The translations under genes were made by a program, and so were the position numbers. Of a DNA stretch of 11,588 nt, positions 1-7,135 are shown piece after piece. Within the stretch, counting starts at the first letter, position 1. Every line of letters begins with the position of its first letter. The DNA lies in NCBI GenBank assembly GCA_964548195.1, contig CAZJQC010000035.1:1-11588 (forward strand), in the 5' to 3' direction. Source of the DNA: an uncultured bacterium. GTDB lineage: Bacteria > Macinerneyibacteriota > Macinerneyibacteria > Macinerneyibacteriales > DSCS01. The notes under the pieces are model-generated. The model had not been told where the DNA came from and did not search any database. It saw only the letters and a program-made list of their open reading frames with translations.

Positions 1-1427
1 CAGACAACGTTTTTGAAGCGGGCGGGAGCGACTTTATGCGACAGGTGCATTGCCTGTCCCGGCTCGCCTTTGCCGCAATGGAAAGTCCCGTGGAACTTCC
101 ATTCGCTTTCGCTGCATATGGCGTCGCAGGAGTTCCAGAACTCTGTGGTGATGCCGAAGTATGTGGGCTCTTTCACGATGCCTGTGATCTCGCCGTTTTC
201 TATCTTCCAGCCTATTTCCGTTGTGAACTGGAAATTGTTCCTGTTGTCATCGATGGACCAGGTCTTGGTGTAATCCACCAGATAACCCTTCTCGGTGCTC
301 TTCACCAGATCATCCAGCGTGCCGGCGTTTCCGGGAAGGAGTGAGAAGTTGGTCATGCGTATCAGCGGGAAGTTGAAGCCGTGTGTGGCTTTCATGTTGG
401 AGCTGGGCTCCAGGCCCAATGAATGGGCTATTTCGCGTGAGGTCTGCTGGTTCACGAGGACGCCGTTCTTGATGATGTCCGTGCGTCTTCCGGGTATGCC
501 TTCGTCGTCCACGGGATGGTAGCCCATGCCTGCGTGGTCTGAAGAGTCGCTGATGACGTTCACGATGTCGGATCCGTATTTATGCGAGCCTATCATCTCT
601 TTTGAGATAAAGGTCTTGCCGGCGTACGAGATCTCCATGCCGAATATCCTGTCGGCTTCGGTGGCATGTCCCACGGACTCGTGAAGCTGCAGCGCCAGGT
701 GTCCGCCGTTTATGATGATGTCGGCTTTTTCCTCTTCGATCCTGGGGGCGTCAAGGAGTTTGATGGACTCTTCGATGATCTCGTTTGCGTGTTCCTTGAA
801 CTTCAGGTTTCTTACTACTTCGAAGCCGCCGTTTTCACCGGACATGTGGCCGGGATATGTCCTGCACTGCGTCTCGCCGTTTCCCGCGGCAAGGACATAG
901 AGCATGGGCATGGCATGGTACGCCATGGTCTCGGTCTCGGTCTCTTCGCTGTTCACGTATATCTTGTGCTGTCTGTAGAACTCGGTATAAAAATGGCTGT
1001 ATACTATCTTCTCGTTCCCTGTAACGGATTTCGCTATATCCTGGAAGAAGTCGATCTTCTCGTTCTTTGTCATGAGAAAAGGGTCTTCAACGGGTTTGAA
1101 GAAGTATTCTGATTTTGTGGGTGATACGGCCGGGAATTCCACGGGAGTGTGTCTGAAGCGGGCGCCGTGTTTTGCGTTTGAGACCGCTTTTTTCCACGCG
1201 GCCGCAAAGGAGGCGTCATCCAGCCTGTTTGTGCCGGCGAAACCCCATGTGCCGTTTATGAGCACGCGCACGCCTATGTTTTTCTGGTCATATTCGAATC
1301 CCACGTTTTTCAGTTCGCCTCTCTGGAACAGATAAGACTCGGTATCAGTGGATGTGTATCTGATGTCGGCAAACCTGATCTCAGGGGTCATGTGTTTTTG
1401 CAATATGCTTTTTAATTTATTTTTCAT
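1..1427 (-). CDS. tldD: TldD family metalloprotease, catalytic subunit (3' end at or just beyond the window edge)
   Basis: Manual translation from ATG 1427 (SD GGGAGGAG upstream) is open to the edge: MKNKLKSILQKH..FADIR..GVRVLINGTWGFA. It has the metal motif HESVGH (nt 666-683, H249), DDEG, RMTN and the C-terminal CGKGEPGQ (nt 54-77, C451). Not in the supplied ORF track, presumably because no complete stop codon lies in the window. Confidence 0.95.
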   Translation of the reverse strand, partial: MKNKLKSILQKHMTPEIRFADIRYTSTDTESYLFQRGELKNVGFEYDQKNIGVRVLINGTWGFAGTNRLDDASFAAAWKKAVSNAKHGARFRHTPVEFPAVSPTKSEYFFKPVEDPFLMTKNEKIDFFQDIAKSVTGNEKIVYSHFYTEFYRQHKIYVNSEETETETMAYHAMPMLYVLAAGNGETQCRTYPGHMSGENGGFEVVRNLKFKEHANEIIEESIKLLDAPRIEEEKADIIINGGHLALQLHESVGHATEADRIFGMEISYAGKTFISKEMIGSHKYGSDIVNVISDSSDHAGMGYHPVDDEGIPGRRTDIIKNGVLVNQQTSREIAHSLGLEPSSNMKATHGFNFPLIRMTNFSLLPGNAGTLDDLVKSTEKGYLVDYTKTWSIDDNRNNFQFTTEIGWKIENGEITGIVKEPTYFGITTEFWNSCDAICSESEWKFHGTFHCGKGEPGQAMHLSHKVAPARFKNVV

Positions 1428-1441
1428 AATTTCTCCTCCCC

Positions 1442-2773
1442 TTATATGGTTTTCGTTGAAGAGGTGATCTTGAACTTATCCGACATGATGTGGGGTATCA
1501 GCGATGAATAGATCTCGAACTCTCCGTAGTTCTCAGAATGGGGAACGGGGTTCTGAACGTTCTCAATGCCGGAAGCATTCCGGAATATTTCGGCGATCTT
1601 CTCGGTGAAACGCAGGTTGTTTACGACTTTGGTGATCTTCCCGTTTTCAATAAGGAAGGTCCCGTCGCGGGTAAGGCCGGTAACGGAAGTCTCCTGCTGG
1701 TTGATGAAGTTCATGTAATGCACGTTTGATATGTAAAGTCCCCTGTCTATTCCGGATATCAGCTCTTCCAATGTCTTGTCGCCTTCATCCACGGTCACTG
1801 CCCCAAGGCCCACAGTCCCGCTTTTTTCCATGCCCAGTTTTTTGGAAAAATAATGGTCCACAAAGAAGTTTTTGAAGACACCTTTGTCTATCACATCAAG
1901 TTTCCTCGCTATGTGTCCGTCTTCGTTGTAGGGTATGGTTATGAGACGGGGGTTTTCGGGATCGCTTGTGACGCTGAACGATTCCGGGAAGACCTTCTTG
2001 TCCTTGAGGTCCTTGAAGTAGGAGTCTCCGCGGTCAACGCTTGCGGCATAGGCGCCGAAAAGCATGTAGTTAAGCAGCTCGCTTGCCGCATGCGGCCCCA
2101 GTATGACTTTGTAGTCTCCGGGTTCCACATCCACCACGTCAAGGGCGGCCTTTTTGATCTTTGCCTCGAATGTCGACGCGAATCCGGGCTCGTCAAAGTA
2201 TGTGAGGTCGTTTCCGCCGAATGAGTGTATGACAGTCACCATGTTCTTGCGCGCCACGGCCTTTACGTCCAGCATGACAGGCGAGATGAAGATCTCCTTG
2301 TCGATGCCTTCCGAGTTGATGATATAGCCCTGATGCTTCATTGTTATAAAGGTGCCGTATATGCCGAACCCGTGTTTGTCCGCCATGTCGGCAAGCTTTT
2401 TCAGTATATCAAGCTTGTTCTCCAGCGAGACCTTTTCTATGGATGTCTTTTTCTCACCGTATTTGTATGCGGTCTTGTCATCTTCAAAGCTGTCAAAATC
2501 GGGGTCCTGCGGCAGAGAAGGTATGATGCGTATGCCCTCGGCTATGGTCTTTTTGAGCTGGTCTTCGGTGGGGTTGCTGAGGCTGAAGCTGTATTTGCGT
2601 TTGTCTTTGACTATCGTCCCGGAGACGGTCAGACTGGCTTTAGAGATGTTGTAGTTAGTCTGGCTGTCGTAAAAACGAAGAAAATCAGTTTCCCAGTCTT
2701 TTACGGCAAACTGAAGATCATGGTCGGGATGATCGTCGATGGATTTTTTCAAGAAATTTCTGATATTGTCCAT
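1442..2773 (-). CDS. pmbA: TldE/PmbA family protein, non-catalytic partner of TldD
   Basis: ORF 1442..2779 has EPGDYKVILGP, EDG, TGLTRDGTFLIENG and VNNLRF, and lacks HExxGH. It ends 14 nt before tldD. I prefer the second ATG (2773, 443 aa) because SD AAGGAG abuts the first ATG but lies 6 nt before the second. Confidence 0.9.
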   Translation of the reverse strand: MDNIRNFLKKSIDDHPDHDLQFAVKDWETDFLRFYDSQTNYNISKASLTVSGTIVKDKRKYSFSLSNPTEDQLKKTIAEGIRIIPSLPQDPDFDSFEDDKTAYKYGEKKTSIEKVSLENKLDILKKLADMADKHGFGIYGTFITMKHQGYIINSEGIDKEIFISPVMLDVKAVARKNMVTVIHSFGGNDLTYFDEPGFASTFEAKIKKAALDVVDVEPGDYKVILGPHAASELLNYMLFGAYAASVDRGDSYFKDLKDKKVFPESFSVTSDPENPRLITIPYNEDGHIARKLDVIDKGVFKNFFVDHYFSKKLGMEKSGTVGLGAVTVDEGDKTLEELISGIDRGLYISNVHYMNFINQQETSVTGLTRDGTFLIENGKITKVVNNLRFTEKIAEIFRNASGIENVQNPVPHSENYGEFEIYSSLIPHIMSDKFKITSSTKTI

Positions 2774-2804
2774 GGACATCTCCTTTCGTTCATATGAGAA
2801 TAGA

Positions 2805-2832
2805 ATGATATCATTCCCCTTCTTGTTGTCAA
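2805..2832 (-). promoter_or_regulatory. sigma70-type promoter for pmbA-tldD
   Basis: On the - strand: TTGACA (2832-2827), 16-nt spacer ending in TGa, then TATCAT (2810-2805), about 30 nt upstream of the pmbA start. Confidence 0.7.
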
Positions 2833-2855
2833 GAATATTTTGGTATACGAAACAT

Positions 2856-3626
2856 CTATAAGTTTTTTATTAAGATCAGCAGTCCGCTTGCGAGTAGCAC
2901 TGCGGATGTGACTTTTTTAAAGGTATCTTCCGACATGGCTTCATGCACTTTATTGCCGGCGTACATGCCCGCCAGGGCCGCGGGTATCATCAGGAAGACG
3001 CTTATCAGCATATGCAGTCCTATCATGTGAAATGATATGTATGTAAAGATGCGCACCAGGCTCATTGAGAAAAATACAAAGATCAGCGCCGCGCGGAACT
3101 CCTTTTTTTTATAGCCGGCATTTTTGTAATAGAAGATAAGCGGCGGCCCGCTCATGCCGAAGAGTCCGCCCAGCACGCCTGAAAACAGTCCCGTCACCGG
3201 TATCCACACGGGAGACCGCATGGGTATATGAGCCTTTGCCTCCCAGAAAATATGGTAGAGTGAAAGGAGTATGATGATGGAGCCCAGCAGTATGAGCAGC
3301 CTGTCTGAATTGATCGTCTTGAGCAGATAGGAGCCGAGTATGGCGGGCGGTATGACAAACAGCGTCATGGTCGATGATTCTTTCATGCGTATTGATCTTC
3401 GCTCTTTCCAGGTGATAAGGGATTCGGTGGGAAAACAGAGAAGCGTGAAGAAGGGGACGAAGACGGACAGGTTGCCGTACAGGAGTCCGAGTAATGATAT
3501 GGCGAACATGCCCGAGCCGAAGCCCGCGGCCGAATAGATGAGCTGGCTCAGGAATATGATGATGCCGATGATGATAAAGGCGTTGATATCCTGAAACAGC
3601 GTGTGTTCAGCAAGGAGATTTACCAT
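2856..3626 (-). CDS. Sulfite exporter TauE/SafE (TSUP) family membrane protein
   Basis: 256 aa, highly hydrophobic with about 8 TM segments. It has the two-repeat Gly motifs AGFGSGM and GGLFGMSGPP and a C-terminal G..G...H....E..FKK...LL..G pattern typical of the family. Purine-rich GGAAAGGGAAAG precedes the ATG. The substrate cannot be read from sequence. Confidence 0.88.
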   Translation of the reverse strand: MVNLLAEHTLFQDINAFIIIGIIIFLSQLIYSAAGFGSGMFAISLLGLLYGNLSVFVPFFTLLCFPTESLITWKERRSIRMKESSTMTLFVIPPAILGSYLLKTINSDRLLILLGSIIILLSLYHIFWEAKAHIPMRSPVWIPVTGLFSGVLGGLFGMSGPPLIFYYKNAGYKKKEFRAALIFVFFSMSLVRIFTYISFHMIGLHMLISVFLMIPAALAGMYAGNKVHEAMSEDTFKKVTSAVLLASGLLILIKNL

Positions 3627-3644
3627 CTTTCCCTTTCCGCATAT

Positions 3645-3672
3645 ATGATACCAGTTAATATGTATATGGGAA
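3645..3672 (-). promoter_or_regulatory. Putative extended -10 promoter for the TauE/SafE gene
   Basis: On the - strand: TTCCCA (3672-3667, 4/6 match), 16-nt spacer ending TGg, then TATCAT (3650-3645). An A8 tract (3675-3682) sits upstream in an UP-element position. Confidence 0.5.
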
Positions 3673-3743
3673 TATTTTTTTTATGATAGTCCTTATGCCG
3701 CAGCTTCCCGGTATTTATTTTCCGGTTGAGTGATTGTATAAAT

Positions 3744-3885
3744 ATCACTGATGAAAAAATGACGGATAAAAACCTCTCTGTTTGTTTGTAGGCAGGTAGT
3801 TACTATACATATTAATAAAAAGGGTCAGGCAACTATTTTCAATGGCCGGAATCGTATTTTAGCTGTCATGAAGATCGTCAGTGAT
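3744..3885 (+). repeat. Long imperfect inverted repeat / rod-like hairpin, candidate ncRNA
   Basis: 3744-3771 ATCACTGATGAAAAAATGACGGATAAAA versus the reverse complement of 3857-3885 ATCACTGACGATCTTCATGACAGCTAAAA: 21 Watson-Crick pairs plus 2 G-U pairs. Further nested pairings run in towards the central palindrome TATTAATA (3810-3817). Confidence 0.6.
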
Positions 3886-3957
3886 CAATGAGCATTAAAT
3901 TCTTTGAAACACGGGTGATATCAAAAACAAATCGCATACCGTTATGTCAGGAATCCC

Positions 3958-3985
3958 TTGACACGTGGTTTCATGATGAGATAAT
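3958..3985 (+). promoter_or_regulatory. sigma70-type promoter for addA-addB-lipoprotein
   Basis: TTGACA (3958-3963), 16-nt spacer ending TGa, then GATAAT (3980-3985), 63 nt upstream of the addA ATG. SD GAGGTG is at 4038-4043. Confidence 0.65.
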
Positions 3986-4048
3986 GTTCATAATGCATTG
4001 TGGTTTTTTGTCTGAGGTTATAGTTTATGTCATAAACGAGGTGATCGA

Positions 4049-7000
4049 ATGCCGTTGACCGTATACAGGTCTTCCGCAGGCAGCGGAAAGACGTACACCC
4101 TTGTGAAGGAGTATCTGAAACTTGCCCTCAAGAGCGGGCGTTCCTTTAAACATATACTGGCCGTCACTTTTACGAACAAGGCCGCCGGGGAGATGAAGGA
4201 GCGCATCATAGACTATCTTCAGAAGCTCTCTTTGGGGGAGATGTCAAGCCTGCGGAAACAGCTTCATGAGGAAACGGGCCAGTCCGAAGAGGAGATACGG
4301 AAAAAAGCGGCCGGCCTGTTAAGCGCCATACTGCATGAGTATTCGGATTTCGCGGTGATGACCATAGACAGCTTCATACACAGGATCATACGCTCCTTTG
4401 CAATGGAGCTGGACATGCCTCTGGGCTTTGATGTGGACCTGAACACAAGGGAACTCATAGACAAGATAACCGACCTCTTCATCGAGGGGCTGCAGGAGCG
4501 AAAGCCCGAGACAGAGGTGCTGCTGCAGTATGTGATGTCCAAGATCGAACTGCGGGGCAACTGGTCCTACGACAACGACATAAAACAGACCGCGGGCGAG
4601 CTTTTCTCCGAGACCGGCTATGACAAGCTGCGGTCGTTTTCAAACCTTACGTATGACGAGGTGGCGGCATGGACGGAAGAGACTGCGGAATCCAGGTTCG
4701 CATTTGAACGCGGCATTTCCTCGACAGCCGTAAAAGTGATGGAGCTTATTGAGACAGGCGGATTCGGGCCGGATGATTTCTCCGGCAAAAGCAGAGGCAT
4801 ATACGGCCAGTTCAGGAAGCTTGTCTCCGCGTCTTCGCCCGATGATTTTGAAAATATATCAAAAAAAAGTTTTTCAGAGGGCAAGTGGGTCACAAAGACC
4901 CATCCGAAAAGGGATGAGGTCATGGCCTTCTGCAACCGCTGTCTTGAACCGCTGAGGCTGAAGATAATGGATATATACAATAAAGGGTATAAGAGATATC
5001 TCACGGATTATTCCATATTAAGGAACATACACATGCTTACTCTCATGGGCGAGATAGAGCGCATCATGGAGCGGTACAAAGCGGAAAACGACATCGTGCC
5101 GATATCCGATATCAACCTGAAGGTGTCGGAGATGATAGATACGGAGATCGTGCCGTATATATTCTGGAAGGCCGGCGAAAAGTTTAACCATTATCTCATA
5201 GACGAGTTCCAGGACACAAACAGCGTGCAGTGGAAGAACCTTCTGCCGCTGATCGAGACATCCGTCTCGGAGGGGAATCTGAGCCTTTGCGTGGGCGACC
5301 CCAAGCAGTCCATATACCGCTGGCGCGGCGGCGACACGGGCATCATGCTCTTTGAAGTGCCGGCGTATTTCCCCGAAGGGCTGTATGAGGAACGGCATCT
5401 GTCTGAAAACTGGAGAAGCGAACGGGCAGTCGTGGAGTTCAACAACCGCTTTTTTTCGGGCATAAAAGCGGAAGAAGGCGGGGATAATCAGCTGCTTGAC
5501 TCCGCCTATGACCCGGCGGATGTGGAACAAAGAGCGATGGGCGGCGGACGGGGAAAGGTGTCTGTCGTTGCTGTCGAGGGAACGGGCAATGAGTTCAAAG
5601 GGAATGCCATGGCTGAAGTGATCAGCGTGGTGAACAGCTATGCAAAAGACGGCGGCGCGCTTTCAAATATAACGTTGCTTGTGCGCACAAACAGGGAAGG
5701 CGTATTCGCGGCTTCCGCGTTGTTTGAGGAGGGCATACCTGTCTTTTCGGCTGAGTCCCTTCTGCTGGACAAAGACCCCGATGTGCGTTTTCTGATAAGC
5801 CTTTTCAGATATGCCGCCGTGAAAGACGAGCTGGCCGCCGCCGAGATACTCAGGTATCTGAAAGGCGGCCAAAGCGGTGCGTTTTTTGCAGGCCTGTCAA
5901 ATGCCGCGGATATTGAAGAGGCGTTCAGGAGGGAATACCCGAAGGAGGCGTCGTATCTCACGGATACGGTCTGGGAGTCGCTTTATGATGCTGCCGAATC
6001 CATGGTGCGGCTGTTCGGGCTCACAAAGGACAACAGCGCTTTCATCACTGGATTTCTCGACTGCATCTACACCTTTTCCGAAAAGGGCTCCGGCGGCATA
6101 GCTGAGTTCGTCACATGGTGGGAGGATAACAGGGAATCCGACAAGACGGCGCTTAAGACCGCCCCGGGGCGGGATGCCGTGAATATCATGACCATACACA
6201 AGTCAAAAGGGCTTGAATTTCCCGTGGTGATCATACCGTTTTGCGCCTGGGAGATAGAGCTCGCCGCAAAGGGCTTTAACCCCAACCAGTTCTGGGTGGA
6301 CGATGTACGTGACGGGGCGCCTTATCTCGTCACCGCAGCCTCTTATGTGAAAGAGAGCGGTTTTTCCGAGGCATATAACGAGGAAGGGAAAAAGACTTAC
6401 GTGGACAACCTGAACCTGCTTTATGTGGCATTTACACGCGCCGTTGCCGAACTCTGCGTGATCATCCCCGAAGAGGGGAATAACGTGTCACGGCTTATAC
6501 GCGACAGGCTTGAGGCGGCCGGAATGGCTGCGGAAAACGGCAGATACACAAGCGGTGAAAGGGTGATTGAAAAACGGCAGGAAAAAAGTGAAAAGGGCCT
6601 TTTTATAAAGGGGGCTCCCTGCTATCCGTGGAAAGAACGGCTTGCGGTTAGACGGAGAAGCCGGGATGAATGGGAAGGGACTTTGGGAGAAAGAGGCAAT
6701 AAAATAAGAGAGGGATTGCTTATACATGACATCATGAGCAGGATCACAGATTGTGACGAGATCGAAGCCGTATGCCTGGAAATGGAAAAAAAGGGTGTGA
6801 TCGAAAGAGGCGGACATGCCGATATGGCGGGGAAGATAGAAGATGTGATGGATATACCCGTGTCCGGGGGTTGCGTCAGAGACTGGTTTAAACCCGGACT
6901 TAAGATATACAGTGAACGCTCCATACTGGATGAAAAGGGTACGTATCGGCCAGACCGGGTGGTGGAGCATGGCGGCCGCGTGACAGTGATAGATTACAAG

Positions 7001-7135
7001 ACCGGGGAGCCGTCGCCTGAACATCATGAGCAGGTGAGAGATTACGGAACATTATTAAAAGACATGGGCTATGAGACGGTGGAGGGGTATCTGGTATATA
7101 CCGGCCTTTCCGAGGCAGTGACGGTGGAGATATGA
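4049..7135 (+). CDS. addA: AddA-like SF1A (UvrD-type) helicase with C-terminal RecB-family PD-(D/E)XK nuclease
   Basis: 1028 aa. Helicase motifs: I SAGSGKT, Ia TFTNKAAGEMKERI, TIDSF, II DEFQD, III VGDPKQSIYRWRGG, IV NWRS, V TIHKSKGLEF, VI LLYVAFTRA. Nuclease motifs: G..IH, RPDR, DYKTG (D982) and QxxxY. Confidence 0.93.
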   Translation: MPLTVYRSSAGSGKTYTLVKEYLKLALKSGRSFKHILAVTFTNKAAGEMKERIIDYLQKLSLGEMSSLRKQLHEETGQSEEEIRKKAAGLLSAILHEYSDFAVMTIDSFIHRIIRSFAMELDMPLGFDVDLNTRELIDKITDLFIEGLQERKPETEVLLQYVMSKIELRGNWSYDNDIKQTAGELFSETGYDKLRSFSNLTYDEVAAWTEETAESRFAFERGISSTAVKVMELIETGGFGPDDFSGKSRGIYGQFRKLVSASSPDDFENISKKSFSEGKWVTKTHPKRDEVMAFCNRCLEPLRLKIMDIYNKGYKRYLTDYSILRNIHMLTLMGEIERIMERYKAENDIVPISDINLKVSEMIDTEIVPYIFWKAGEKFNHYLIDEFQDTNSVQWKNLLPLIETSVSEGNLSLCVGDPKQSIYRWRGGDTGIMLFEVPAYFPEGLYEERHLSENWRSERAVVEFNNRFFSGIKAEEGGDNQLLDSAYDPADVEQRAMGGGRGKVSVVAVEGTGNEFKGNAMAEVISVVNSYAKDGGALSNITLLVRTNREGVFAASALFEEGIPVFSAESLLLDKDPDVRFLISLFRYAAVKDELAAAEILRYLKGGQSGAFFAGLSNAADIEEAFRREYPKEASYLTDTVWESLYDAAESMVRLFGLTKDNSAFITGFLDCIYTFSEKGSGGIAEFVTWWEDNRESDKTALKTAPGRDAVNIMTIHKSKGLEFPVVIIPFCAWEIELAAKGFNPNQFWVDDVRDGAPYLVTAASYVKESGFSEAYNEEGKKTYVDNLNLLYVAFTRAVAELCVIIPEEGNNVSRLIRDRLEAAGMAAENGRYTSGERVIEKRQEKSEKGLFIKGAPCYPWKERLAVRRRSRDEWEGTLGERGNKIREGLLIHDIMSRITDCDEIEAVCLEMEKKGVIERGGHADMAGKIEDVMDIPVSGGCVRDWFKPGLKIYSERSILDEKGTYRPDRVVEHGGRVTVIDYKTGEPSPEHHEQVRDYGTLLKDMGYETVEGYLVYTGLSEAVTVEI

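Noticed and set aside
903..944. (GGTCTC)x3 at 927-944 and clustered CATGG repeats inside tldD
   Set aside because: In-frame coding repeat (ETETET, MAYHAMPM). Too short for phase variation and the frame is intact.
1..3626. TldDE plus transporter as a RiPP (microcin-like) biosynthetic cluster
   Set aside because: No precursor peptide, YcaO/dehydrogenase or ABC exporter in the window. TSUP proteins are not known peptide exporters, and pmbA has its own predicted promoter.
3693..3767. - strand frame ending ...ENKYREAAA-stop, reminiscent of a tmRNA tag
   Set aside because: No in-frame ATG and no tRNA-like ends (no GGGG 5' end, T-loop or CCA), so it is not tmRNA.
3748..3950. Hammerhead-like core words (CUGAUGA at 3748, GAAAC at 3906, GUC at 3946, and CUGACGA on the - strand)
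   Set aside because: Stem I cannot be formed next to any NUH triplet together with valid stems II and III on either strand.
3627..4048. AT-rich spacer as a possible replication origin or known riboswitch
   Set aside because: No good TTATNCACA DnaA boxes (best candidates have 2 or more mismatches), no SRP GNRA motif, and no riboswitch consensus or U-tailed terminator recognised.
3888..4058. 56-codon + strand ORF (MSIKFFETRV...EVIECR) overlapping the addA start, considered as a leader peptide or TldDE substrate
   Set aside because: No SD, it runs through the predicted addA promoter, and it has no precursor-like composition or motif.
6787..6793. A_AAA_AAG slippery heptamer in addA that could give a nuclease-less product by -1 frameshifting
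   Set aside because: No properly spaced upstream SD or stable downstream hairpin. The same heptamer occurs in addB (8718-8724) and the TauE gene, so it is likely just Lys-Lys codon usage.
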